The translations under genes were made by a program, and so were the position numbers. A DNA stretch of 62,368 bases from a virus. Taxonomy: Duplodnaviria > Caudoviricetes. The stretch lies in IMG/VR virus record IMGVR_UViG_3300042505_000324, positions 1 to 62,368 of that record, one strand, 5' to 3'. The notes under the pieces were generated by a model. It did no database searches. It was given only the letters and a program-made list of their open reading frames with translations, and was not told the DNA's origin. Shown one piece after another: positions 40,901-49,414 of this stretch (its first letter is position 1; the number at the start of each line of letters is the position of its first letter).

Positions 40901-43900
40901 AAGATTTAACAGCACCACCAATAGCAACTACATTAAATGCAACTGTAGGAGTAAATACTGTATTTGTTAACATAACAACTATTCCTTCCTATACAGCAGG
41001 TCATGGTCATAATTTTACAAGAATATACGCTGCTACTTGGGATGGTATTTCAGCTCTTCCGACATTTAGTGCGGCAACAGTCATAAAAGAATTTTCTGGA
41101 ATTTCAGATACTATTTCTTATCCTACTGGAACTAAATTAAGATTATGGTCTAAAAACGTTTCTAAAGATGGTATAGAGAGTTCATCTGCTTATGGTGGGA
41201 TTAACGGGGTAGCTGTAGCTTTGCCGTTAATTCCCTATGGAATGTTGAATGAAGGAATTTATTCTGTTTATGTAGCCACAATCTATAAACAAGTAGGAAG
41301 TTTACCTGCTACACCAACTGGTGGTACTTATAATTTTTCTACTAATGCAAAAGTTGCCCCTGCTGGATGGTCTTTTACAAAACCTACTAGTTCTACAATA
41401 CCAACATATGCTTGTGAATATATATACTCCACAGCGAATACAACAGCAACTTTAACTGCAACTACATGGTCTACACCAGTAATAATTTCACAAAATGGTG
41501 ATAACGGTGTAAGTGCATTATCAGTAATCCTCTCAAATGACACTCATACGATACCAACAGACAGTGCTGGTGCAAATGGTGTTTATACTGGCTCTGGTAC
41601 AGATATTCATTTGTATGAAGGTGCTACTGAACTTCTTTATGACGGTGTTGGAACTACTAATAGTTCATGGAAAATAGTGGCAACGCCAACTAGTATTACT
41701 ACTGGTTTAATTACCGATGCTGGTGCTTATGCCTCAGTGGGTGTTCATTCATTGATGACTGCAGACACTGCTAATATTAGTTATTTAATAAGTGGTGTTA
41801 GAAGTAATGGCGCAACATTTACATTAACAGTAACTCAAACATTTGCAAAAGCTAAAGCTGGTATATCTGGTACAAATGCAACTCTTTACTATTTAGATAT
41901 CTTAGCTCCTGTTATTTTCAAACAAGAGCCAGATGCAGCTACTATAGGCTTACACACTTCTACCACAATTACTGGAAAACTTTTAATTGGGGCATCACTT
42001 TCTACTTATGGATTTATTACTGTTACAGGTAATGGTGATACAGAAGCTACGACTGCAACTGCAAATACTGTTACATTGTCGCCATTAGCTACTGCAGGTA
42101 GAACTTCTTATACTGTTAAGCTTTATAATCAAGCGACTGTAGCAGGTGCAACCTTATTAGATACTCAGGTAATTCCAGTAGTATTTAAAGGTGCAACTGG
42201 TACGGCTGGTGTGAATGCAATTACAGCTATTTTAAGTAATGAATCACATGTATTTCCTTCAGCAGCTGACGGTACTGTTAATACTTACGTAGGTTCTGGA
42301 ACACAAATAAGAGTATACGAAGGTGCTACTGAATTACTATATGATGGTGTTGGAACGGCTAATAGTAGTTGGACAGTTACAAGTGCTGTTACAAACATTA
42401 CTAGAGGTAGTTTAACTGATTCTGGTGCTTATGTAACTGTAGGTGATCATTCTGGTGTTGCAACAGGCACAGATACATCTTTAATTACTTATACAATTAC
42501 TGGTAAATCTTCTATAGGTACATTGTTCACAATAACTAAAACTCAATCTTTTAGTAAAGCAAAGGCTGGTACTGCAGGAAGCAACGGTACAAATTCAACT
42601 TCATATTGGTTGGTATCATCCGTAGCTGCATTACAAAAAACAATAGGTGGAGTGTTTACTCCGACAACTATTACGTTCTCAGCTATGTCTCAATCGGGAG
42701 TAACTACTCCTGCTATTTATAGTGGTCGTTATAAAATTTATGAAAATGGCAGTGGAACAGCCGCTTATACTTCAGTCGCTGATGAAGCTTCTAAAGTTTA
42801 TACCCCTTCAGGTACAGGTGTTACTTCAATTAAAGCAGAATTATATCTTGCAGGAGGTGTAGTAACTAGGTTAGATGAGCAAACAACGCCTGTAGTTGTA
42901 GATGGTGCAACAGGTGGTGTAGGTGCTAATGGTACTAGTATTTTTGTATTAGAGTTATACTCAACAGGCATTACAGTAGCACCAACATCAACAACAGCTA
43001 CTTATAATTTTAGTACAGATACATTTACTGCTGGTAACTTGACTGCAGGTTGGTCTAGAACAATGCCTAATGGAAGTACGACGGCAACGTATAGAACTTC
43101 ATTTACATTTAGCACAACAACGCCTACAGTGGCAGTGACAGCTGGAATTTGGTCTACGCCTGTAATTGTAGCTCAAAATGGAACTAACGGTACTAATGGT
43201 ATAAACGGTACTAATGGTGCAACGGGTGCTAGAGGTTCTGGCGTATTTTACAGTACAGTGGCTTTGGCGAATTGGGACGATGCTACGGCTACAGCTAGAG
43301 TATTAGCAGTAACTGGGACAGCTAACGTAGAGGGTGATACTGTAACTGAAACATTCTCTGATATATGGAGTATGACTAAGATATGGAGTAGCGGTGCTTG
43401 GGCAATTTCTGGACAAGTAATCGATGGTAATTTAATTGTAACTGGTTCAATAGGTGCGACTAAAATAACTGCAGGTGCAATTACAGCAGGTAGTGCAATT
43501 ATTGCTAATGGTGCAATTGGAAGCGCACAAATCTCTAATTTAACTGCTGATAAGATATTAACAGGCGAATTAAATGTAGCTCAAACTATTAATATGGGTG
43601 GTAACCTTAAACTATCTGGTGAAGGTTGGATAGAATCTTATTCAGCTAGTGCCTATAGTAGATTAGGTGATTATTCTAGAATGGATGCTGGTAACTTTAA
43701 ATTATTCAGATATGTACCTGCGTTATCTCAAACATTTGAATACGCTTATTTAAAACGTAATGAGATGGGAACTGCCGTTAATAATACAAGTGTAACATTA
43801 CCTGGTTATTGGAAAACACAGCCTAAGCTTATAGTGTCTCCTTATAATCTTCAGTTCTATAATACGTTATATAGTGGTCAAAACCAATCTATTCTTTGTC

Positions 43901-44934
43901 AAGCTCTAAATATTGCAGAAACGAGTACAGGTTCTATGGTATGGACATTTTTACCAGTTGCTACACTAAATCTAGCTGCTAATAGCGGAAGTAGCATACA
44001 AAATAAAAATTCTAGTGTAATTAATACAAATACTTATAATTGCGCTACTACAATTACATCTGCAAACTGTACAAGTATAACAGCTAATGTTGATGTAATG
44101 AGCTATCGTGGAAACGGCTCTAATCAATATTTCTATAGACAAGTTAGTTATAGAGTAGGATATAGGATAAGTGGTTCAGGAAGTGCTTATACATTTACAA
44201 CAGCAAGAGTAGTTACAATAGGTGCTGTTACATCAGGTTTAATAACAGATAATATTACTGCATCGTTTCCCTCTGCAAATACTTGGGAATTTTATATAGA
44301 GTATACAGCGAGTGATGTAAACACTAGTGTATTTGGTGCGATAAGCTACAACTATAGTACTGAAGATTTAATACCAATAACTAGTGCAGTTAATGCATTT
44401 AATAGTTTATCATACGGTGCAAATGCTTCGATTACAGTGACAGCTAGTGCAGGTTTATCAGTTTCCTCATTAAATACTTCTTGGGAAATTTATCAGATAG
44501 ATTACACATACACTATTAATTATAGTTGGTCTACTTGGAATTACCCGAGATACCAAACAGGTCTTAGTGTGGTTACTAGAATGAACGGTACTGTAGATTT
44601 AAACTTTGTATGCTGGGCACAAAATTGGTACGCAGGTATTCCTCCATCTTGGGATGGTTCTGTAGCGGCTTATACAGAATATGCTACTAGAACAGGTTCA
44701 AATTTATCTATTACAGCTATTACATTAGAGTCAACAGCTATAAGAAATGTGGATAAGAATTCTACAGTAAATGCTACGATTGGAAGCAGAACGGCTAGAG
44801 TCTATAGACGTAGTTTAGTTACAAATACTACTACACCTTATAATACTTTTAACTTCACTTCATATACTTTTAATCTAACATCATCACAAGTATTGGCTAC
44901 AGGTACTTTAAATTGGATGGCTATTGGAGATTAG
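37930..44934 (+). CDS. central tail tip / host-specificity protein (gpJ-like) with repeated domains
   Basis: LPVQYG, SNNPALCLLDYLTN..YGRG, LEPGDLIKV; FN3-like and duplicated domains; IDGNLIVTGSI coil. Confidence 0.9.
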   Translation: MISAILFVVSMVVQVAAAKAARKRQKKLEREAKERADAAKGFQIASEGEASLLPVQYGRGLLGGVRVYHNTSNNYVNAGVATNSGATIFQNSLDANRTGVKHEFLTVQTALCFGDIQSCQMIVVDGRNYTDTKFNSVVGAKEYLDEGRTMGGHRFHFYPSGGYADPLLTSNYSITRPFTNTAYVTAVYALNRDDYQYNGVPDVKFIVEGLKIHSIVGDTTLSLSTTKAYSNNPALCLLDYLTNTVYGRGLEIEYIDLPSFKYAAELCDKTVLSSVPLEGEYWSAKGGTRSIKLYECNLTISPSRTIRDNIETILETMGQAELVWSGGKYKISIEYPSIYANNTSYPIDTVVQYSNNLYRAKIASTSPSSPSDNITYLENNIYWTQDVISAYLTDDDIIRSGDNTIAWPNASERYNFCTVRFLNESKDFVEDSVSWPFKAGSIPGPAVDRGVWSLTGVYGRSDIVTYLGIKYQCAGNIMYSGDWDQSIIYVAHERVLYNGNQYTLNTNAPALIEAYYVAQLAANPSYVRPEFQYAQFPPSNATYWTLLVNPTTTLSPFVDTAWVPYNDANVYNVYREEDSGHPLEADFFEAGITDYYHAMAKAEQRVRFSRSSTVYKFTIITRHTNLEPGDLIKVSSNVLNIPGEVMRIEEIKVDSKGNAEITASKYDARVLAWNANDNEIVAPRILFDEEIPQCTGLAYTTTGLFNSLSSGRLSWTAPDNIRIEAFDVKYTTTAIGSVTNTTVWIDIGSTSNNYFELPSIPTATYTLTVVTRINNRSIAPRNNGLGSQWPKLSVGINRAVIGDSIFASVSIFKYSATIPTIPTGGVFDFDTMTLTTVPVGWSVVAGESVLPLYVAQTRASKPAMSDTDTALTWVTPVLFKAAFVKLSSPNMVINIPYAGASNGFDYSNAVGNSVLISGTTDITLNTDVSYSIYSSVNCTVTIDNTNTANKGKFTVTALSDKTGSFNIAATYVGVTYYLTISLLKLDIEYIKDLTAPPIATTLNATVGVNTVFVNITTIPSYTAGHGHNFTRIYAATWDGISALPTFSAATVIKEFSGISDTISYPTGTKLRLWSKNVSKDGIESSSAYGGINGVAVALPLIPYGMLNEGIYSVYVATIYKQVGSLPATPTGGTYNFSTNAKVAPAGWSFTKPTSSTIPTYACEYIYSTANTTATLTATTWSTPVIISQNGDNGVSALSVILSNDTHTIPTDSAGANGVYTGSGTDIHLYEGATELLYDGVGTTNSSWKIVATPTSITTGLITDAGAYASVGVHSLMTADTANISYLISGVRSNGATFTLTVTQTFAKAKAGISGTNATLYYLDILAPVIFKQEPDAATIGLHTSTTITGKLLIGASLSTYGFITVTGNGDTEATTATANTVTLSPLATAGRTSYTVKLYNQATVAGATLLDTQVIPVVFKGATGTAGVNAITAILSNESHVFPSAADGTVNTYVGSGTQIRVYEGATELLYDGVGTANSSWTVTSAVTNITRGSLTDSGAYVTVGDHSGVATGTDTSLITYTITGKSSIGTLFTITKTQSFSKAKAGTAGSNGTNSTSYWLVSSVAALQKTIGGVFTPTTITFSAMSQSGVTTPAIYSGRYKIYENGSGTAAYTSVADEASKVYTPSGTGVTSIKAELYLAGGVVTRLDEQTTPVVVDGATGGVGANGTSIFVLELYSTGITVAPTSTTATYNFSTDTFTAGNLTAGWSRTMPNGSTTATYRTSFTFSTTTPTVAVTAGIWSTPVIVAQNGTNGTNGINGTNGATGARGSGVFYSTVALANWDDATATARVLAVTGTANVEGDTVTETFSDIWSMTKIWSSGAWAISGQVIDGNLIVTGSIGATKITAGAITAGSAIIANGAIGSAQISNLTADKILTGELNVAQTINMGGNLKLSGEGWIESYSASAYSRLGDYSRMDAGNFKLFRYVPALSQTFEYAYLKRNEMGTAVNNTSVTLPGYWKTQPKLIVSPYNLQFYNTLYSGQNQSILCQALNIAETSTGSMVWTFLPVATLNLAANSGSSIQNKNSSVINTNTYNCATTITSANCTSITANVDVMSYRGNGSNQYFYRQVSYRVGYRISGSGSAYTFTTARVVTIGAVTSGLITDNITASFPSANTWEFYIEYTASDVNTSVFGAISYNYSTEDLIPITSAVNAFNSLSYGANASITVTASAGLSVSSLNTSWEIYQIDYTYTINYSWSTWNYPRYQTGLSVVTRMNGTVDLNFVCWAQNWYAGIPPSWDGSVAAYTEYATRTGSNLSITAITLESTAIRNVDKNSTVNATIGSRTARVYRRSLVTNTTTPYNTFNFTSYTFNLTSSQVLATGTLNWMAIGD

Positions 44935-44935
44935 T

Positions 44936-45475
44936 ATGTTTAATTATTATAAACCAGAAAAATTAGGTTTACATTTAGAGATACCGAAAACTGATGACGA
45001 CTTGCAATTCATAGCGATGTTATATGCTAGAGAAAATCCAATTGGTATGATACCTATAGATTCTCAGAAGTGCCTAATAGAGTTTAGAAAAGCATTAAGC
45101 TCTGGTTCTTATGTAAGATTAATAAAATTTAATAATGAGATACATGGTTTTATTGCTGGTATGCAAATAAGTACTATGCATTCATCAGAGAAAACTGTGC
45201 AACAAATGTATTATTTCTGCAGATTAGAAGGTATGTTAGCCTTTAGAGCTGTTGTACTTGCTCACGAAGGTTTGATAAAATATGCAGAAGGTCTTAAGGC
45301 AAAGTACGTAATGTCTACTTGTAGTCAACTCTATAAAAATGATAATCTATGTCGTATTTTAAAATTACAAGGGTGGTCGCAATTTGGGTATGTTGCACTT
45401 TGGAACACTTCGCACCATAACTCACCATCTCAGACACCGAGCCGTGAGCATAGTCAAAAGTTAAAATCAGTTTGA
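44936..45475 (+). CDS. GNAT-fold-like protein (putative acyltransferase)
   Basis: IHGFIAG strand, LIKYAEGLKAKYV helix-strand, RILKLQGW end; canonical acetyl-CoA loop absent. Confidence 0.5.
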   Translation: MFNYYKPEKLGLHLEIPKTDDDLQFIAMLYARENPIGMIPIDSQKCLIEFRKALSSGSYVRLIKFNNEIHGFIAGMQISTMHSSEKTVQQMYYFCRLEGMLAFRAVVLAHEGLIKYAEGLKAKYVMSTCSQLYKNDNLCRILKLQGWSQFGYVALWNTSHHNSPSQTPSREHSQKLKSV

Positions 45476-45571
45476 TACCTCACTATCAACCCGCCTAAAA
45501 TTTTTGGTCTTATCTTTGTGTTCTTTCTATAATTAAAAACCATAGGAGGAACACTCGTTAAGCCTTGAAAT

Positions 45572-45589
45572 AGCTGGTTAAATTAAAGA
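45572..45589 (+). promoter_or_regulatory. putative phage-RNAP promoter, class B copy 2 (lysis operon)
   Basis: Exact 18-bp match to 4993..5010. Confidence 0.7.
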
Positions 45590-45705
45590 TTCAAGCCATT
45601 TTCCCCAGTATTATATCTAGAATAAGCTAGAGGGAGACACTAGTAGCTAGCGTGGAACTTTAAGGATGTAGTTAATCTAATATAATCATATCATAAAGGA
45701 ATAGA

Positions 45706-46218
45706 ATGTTACCATTATTAATACCTATTTTATCATCACTAGCCAGCAATGGTTTAAACACTTTAGTAAATGCAATAACAATTAAAGGCAAGGAAATCGT
45801 AGAAGACAAATTAGGAATCAAAATCCCTAATGATGTTAACGATTTAACACCTGAATTATTATCTCAACTTAAAATGAAAGAAATGGAACATGAATCCGAT
45901 CTCTTGGCTATGGCTCTCGAACAAAAGAAACTTGAAATCGAATCAAAAAGAATCGACGCAGATAGTGAAAAAGCAGCCTCAGAAGCAGTGACTGCTAGAT
46001 GGTTAGGTGATATGACTTCAGATTCTTGGTTATCTAAGAATATTCGTCCTATGACTTTGATTTTTATTTTAACTGTATATACTATATTCTCATTGTTAAG
46101 TGCAGCACATATTGATGTGAATGTTGAATATGTCAAATTATTAGCACAATGGGGTATGATTGTTATGTCAGCATACTTTGTAGGAAGAACAGTTGAGAAA
46201 ATTAAGGGAGTAGAATAA
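45706..46218 (+). CDS. holin (GTA/3TM holin-like)
   Basis: DMTSDSWLSKNIRP...TM segments...YFVGRTVEK; coupled to the endolysin. Confidence 0.8.
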   Translation: MLPLLIPILSSLASNGLNTLVNAITIKGKEIVEDKLGIKIPNDVNDLTPELLSQLKMKEMEHESDLLAMALEQKKLEIESKRIDADSEKAASEAVTARWLGDMTSDSWLSKNIRPMTLIFILTVYTIFSLLSAAHIDVNVEYVKLLAQWGMIVMSAYFVGRTVEKIKGVE

Positions 46219-46559
46219 TGAGCCCTTTGATTGAAAATCAACAAGCATTTCTTTTAGACTTCTGTAAGCTTATTGAATTTGCGGTTAGTAAAGGTTTCAC
46301 TGTAACAGCTGGTGAACTCTTAAGAACACCCGAACAGCAAAAGATTTATGTAGATACTGGTCGTAGTAAGACTATGAATAGTAATCATATTAAGAAATTA
46401 GCTGGAGACTTGAATTTCTTTAAAGACGGTCAATATGTTTGTGATAAAAATGTATTAGCACCTCTTGGGGATTTCTGGGAGAAATTAAATGTAAGGAATA
46501 AATGGGGCGGACACTTTAATAATTTTAAAGATATGCCACATTTCGAACGTAATATGTAG
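46218..46559 (+). CDS. endolysin, M15 family peptidase
   Basis: RTPEQQ, SKTMNSNH...AGD, WGG.F...DMPHFE. Confidence 0.9.
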   Translation: MSPLIENQQAFLLDFCKLIEFAVSKGFTVTAGELLRTPEQQKIYVDTGRSKTMNSNHIKKLAGDLNFFKDGQYVCDKNVLAPLGDFWEKLNVRNKWGGHFNNFKDMPHFERNM

Positions 46560-46564
46560 TATGT

Positions 46565-46602
46565 AGCCCTGATATATCATAACTGATATGTTAGGGCTTT
46601 TT
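46565..46602 (+). terminator. intrinsic terminator after the lysis cassette
   Basis: 15-bp stem (2 G-U pairs) AGCCCTGATATATCA / TGATATGTTAGGGCT plus T tail. Confidence 0.8.
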
Positions 46603-46678
46603 AATCGGAAACTTATGATAGATTATTTATTGTGTTATAAAGAAGCATTCTTATATGGGATGGTTTTTGGTTTAATAA

Positions 46679-46710
46679 TTGCGGAAATTAGGGTATCTTA
46701 TATGAAGAAC
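46679..46710 (+). promoter_or_regulatory. putative phage-RNAP promoter, class A copy 1 (early)
   Basis: TTGCGGAAAttagGGTATCTTATATGAAGAAC; matches 48509..48540 except in the 4-nt spacer. Confidence 0.7.
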
Positions 46711-46743
46711 TAAAATATTCTTAATTCAATTAACGGGGATTTT

Positions 46744-47052
46744 ATGATTTACAAAATAGAGGATAAAGAGTACAATGTTAAAATAGTAACAGAACATTAC
46801 ATGACAGATAATAGCCCTGCTCTCTCGTTATATTCTAATGATGAACAAGGTTATTATATGCCATTCTTAAGAATAAGTGTTAGACATGCTATAAGACCTG
46901 CCGAAGGTTGTATTTGGGTTAAGGATTATAGCGAGAATGAAGGTATGTGTAAGTGGTTAGAAGAAAATAATATTGCAGAAGTAACTGGTGTAAAACTCGC
47001 TACGGGGTTCGTAGAATTAATAGAAATGAGATTAAAAGGAGAAATAGAATGA
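46744..47052 (+). CDS. early hypothetical protein (DUF4313-like)
   Basis: VKDYSENEGM..WLEENNIAEVTG motif. Confidence 0.55.
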   Translation: MIYKIEDKEYNVKIVTEHYMTDNSPALSLYSNDEQGYYMPFLRISVRHAIRPAEGCIWVKDYSENEGMCKWLEENNIAEVTGVKLATGFVELIEMRLKGEIE

Positions 47053-47177
47053 AAGACTTTGTACAAATAGTTGAGGAATTAACTATGGGAACACTAATGG
47101 AACAACCTGAAATAGTGGATGAACCAGAGCATTATTCAGAGGAATCTGAAACAACTTTTGAAGAGACGGATGTCTAA
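47049..47177 (+). CDS. very acidic 42-aa early peptide
   Basis: Hand-translated; 14 D/E versus 1 K; AGGAG SD; ATGA overlap. Confidence 0.55.
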   Translation: MKDFVQIVEELTMGTLMEQPEIVDEPEHYSEESETTFEETDV

Positions 47178-47321
47178 GGAGAATTAAAATGATTGATTAT
47201 AAAGATCGAGGATTAGCAACAGAATATGAACCCTCACTTACTATCAAAGCGGGTTGGGTTGTATTATTGGGTATTTCTTTTAGTTTGTTCGTAGTTTATT
47301 TATTTAGTTAAGGGGATTAAA

Positions 47322-47603
47322 ATGACAGCTGTAAAAGCAACAAAGACGCCACCTATGAAGTTAAAAATAGCAGAGCTTGAACAGAAGATTTTTAATTTAA
47401 ACACAAGTTTAGAGTTAGAACGTCAGGACTACTCTGTACTAGAGAGCGAGTTAATGAAATCTACTTTAGAGATCGCTATGTTAAATAAGGAAATCACTAG
47501 ACTCTACTCTCTTAATAAAGCTTTAACATTCTCATTAACTGAAGCTTTAATCCCTGAATCTACATTTACTGCGTTTGTAAAAAGATTGGTAGGGTTAAAA
47601 TAA
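47322..47603 (+). CDS. coiled-coil hypothetical protein
   Basis: ORF track. Confidence 0.6.
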   Translation: MTAVKATKTPPMKLKIAELEQKIFNLNTSLELERQDYSVLESELMKSTLEIAMLNKEITRLYSLNKALTFSLTEALIPESTFTAFVKRLVGLK

Positions 47604-48004
47604 TGACAACTACTCGTAAACGTAATAACTTATCTGCAGATGAAGTACACTCTATTAAACGTTTAATAAAAGAAGGTGTCTCAGATTTTGAGATAGCTGA
47701 ACAATTAAGCGTTCATAAGAGTACTATTTATTCTATAAGATCTGGTAAAATTTGGAAAGATGATTTACATTATAGAAATTCAAAAGATAAAAGTTTTCAT
47801 CCCGAAAACTATCCTGATTCTCTAAAGTTTAAATTCGGAATTCCATTAGCGATTGCGAGTAGTCCAATTAAAGGGCGTACATATGAAATGCAGCATAGAA
47901 AAGAAGTACCTCATAAAACAGTGGTAAGTATTGGTAGTAGCTTTAATACATTGGGTTTTGTTAGTGGTGGTTCACACACCTCTGGAGCTCATTTGTTTAA
48001 TTAA
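47603..48004 (+). CDS. helix-turn-helix DNA-binding protein
   Basis: LSADEVHSIK...SDFEIAEQLSVHKSTIYSIRSGKIW. Confidence 0.75.
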   Translation: MTTTRKRNNLSADEVHSIKRLIKEGVSDFEIAEQLSVHKSTIYSIRSGKIWKDDLHYRNSKDKSFHPENYPDSLKFKFGIPLAIASSPIKGRTYEMQHRKEVPHKTVVSIGSSFNTLGFVSGGSHTSGAHLFN

Positions 48005-48012
48005 GGAGAATT

Positions 48013-48549
48013 ATGCAAATTTCTTTATCAAAACGAAGTCTTGTAATATTAATGTTATTAACTACGTTAATTTTTACGAAATCAACAAAAGATAATGAAG
48101 CGTTTAAAAAACATAATCTAGTAAATAAAGTATCGAAGATAAGTTTAACAAGAAGGGAGTTTAATTGTTTAGTAAAAAATATGTATCATGAAGCAAGAGG
48201 CGAAAGTAAATTAGGTATAGCTTTAGTTGGTCAAGTTACGTTAAATAGAGCGATTAGTTCTAAAAGGGATCTTTGTGATGTTGTATATGAACCTTCACAA
48301 TTTTCTTGGACACTTGAAAAGCCTAAAGAAATTTCTAATGAACAATTAATTATCGTAAATGAAGTAGGTCAGGCTCTGATTCGAAGAGAGTTTGACATAC
48401 CACATCGCTTTTTACACGTTAAATATTTTTATAATCAATTTAAAATACGTGCGCCAATATGGACACGCAAATTAGACGTAGTAGGAAGTGAAGGAAATCA
48501 TATTTTTCTTGCGGAAAAAGAGGTATCTTATATGAAGAACAAGCAATAA
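48013..48549 (+). CDS. SleB/Hydrolase_2 cell-wall hydrolase with N-terminal signal/anchor
   Basis: CLVKNMYHEARGE...VTLNR...CDVVY..SQFSW...GNHIF. Confidence 0.9.
   Translation: MQISLSKRSLVILMLLTTLIFTKSTKDNEAFKKHNLVNKVSKISLTRREFNCLVKNMYHEARGESKLGIALVGQVTLNRAISSKRDLCDVVYEPSQFSWTLEKPKEISNEQLIIVNEVGQALIRREFDIPHRFLHVKYFYNQFKIRAPIWTRKLDVVGSEGNHIFLAEKEVSYMKNKQ
48509..48540 (+). promoter_or_regulatory. putative phage-RNAP promoter, class A copy 2 (early)
   Basis: TTGCGGAAAaagaGGTATCTTATATGAAGAAC; overlaps the end of the hydrolase gene. Confidence 0.7.
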
Positions 48550-48585
48550 CGTTCTTATAGTAATCTAACCAATAGGAGATTTAAA

Positions 48586-48858
48586 ATGTTCAACTTTGTT
48601 ACAAAAACAGGTAGTATAGCACTTTCAATTTTTAAATTCGCAATTTCATCTTTAGTGTGGATTGCATTATGGGTAACCATTACGGCAACAAGTTTTCTAG
48701 GTATATATTTTGTTAGTAGCGCAGCTATGGTAGTGTTTTCTATTGTAGCAGCTATTGCAGGTATTATGTTTGTTGTATGGTTTATTAGTTTCGTTTGGAA
48801 AGTTATCCGTTTCTTTTATCCAAAGGAAGAGACACCAAATGAGCCAATTAGTTCTTAA
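48586..48858 (+). CDS. hydrophobic membrane protein
   Basis: Almost entirely TM; AGGAG SD. Confidence 0.65.
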   Translation: MFNFVTKTGSIALSIFKFAISSLVWIALWVTITATSFLGIYFVSSAAMVVFSIVAAIAGIMFVVWFISFVWKVIRFFYPKEETPNEPISS

Positions 48859-49123
48859 ATGTTTTATATCTAAGGCTAAAGAACCTAAACTCGCTTATAA
48901 CGAGAATTCTTTTACCTTAGATAATTCTTTTGTTTTCACAGTAAGAGAATTTGATTTGCAGAAACTCTTTATATCTGAAATAAAAAAAGTTAAAGGTTCT
49001 ATATTTAATCCAATTTGGGTTAGAGCTATTTTTATAATAGACAGTATAGACCCTACTCCATTTTTTGTAGAAGAAAAATATATTGGTAGTCTTCAAACCA
49101 AATTATTAAGATTTTATCCTTAA
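48839..49123 (+). CDS. hypothetical protein
   Basis: ORF track 48755..49123; ATG at 48839. Confidence 0.5.
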   Translation: MSQLVLKCFISKAKEPKLAYNENSFTLDNSFVFTVREFDLQKLFISEIKKVKGSIFNPIWVRAIFIIDSIDPTPFFVEEKYIGSLQTKLLRFYP

Positions 49124-49127
49124 CACC

Positions 49128-49204
<77 letters not shown>

Positions 49205-49367
49205 CAATAATAAGAAGGTTTGCAATGAATACTGAAGCAACTCACGTTATAATCATAATGTTATTACTTTTAATATTTACTAAGTTATCTTTTGATGCTA
49301 TTATCTTAGGAACTATTTGTATTTACTTGGCACAATTAAAATGGTCGACATAATATTATTGATTATT

Positions 49368-49376
49368 TGTTATAAT
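49368..49376 (+). promoter_or_regulatory. possible sigma70 extended -10 (TGnTATAAT) upstream of the second RNAP gene
   Basis: TGTTATAAT about 40 nt before the ATG; AT-rich context weakens the call. Confidence 0.35.
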
Positions 49377-49414
49377 ATAATTAAACATATTCCAAAACAT
49401 CTTTAAGGTTTATA

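Noticed and set aside
43180-43230. GTNGTNGINGTNG repeat as a contingency locus
   Set aside because: Short collagen-like G-x-x linker with varied codons, ordinary in tail proteins
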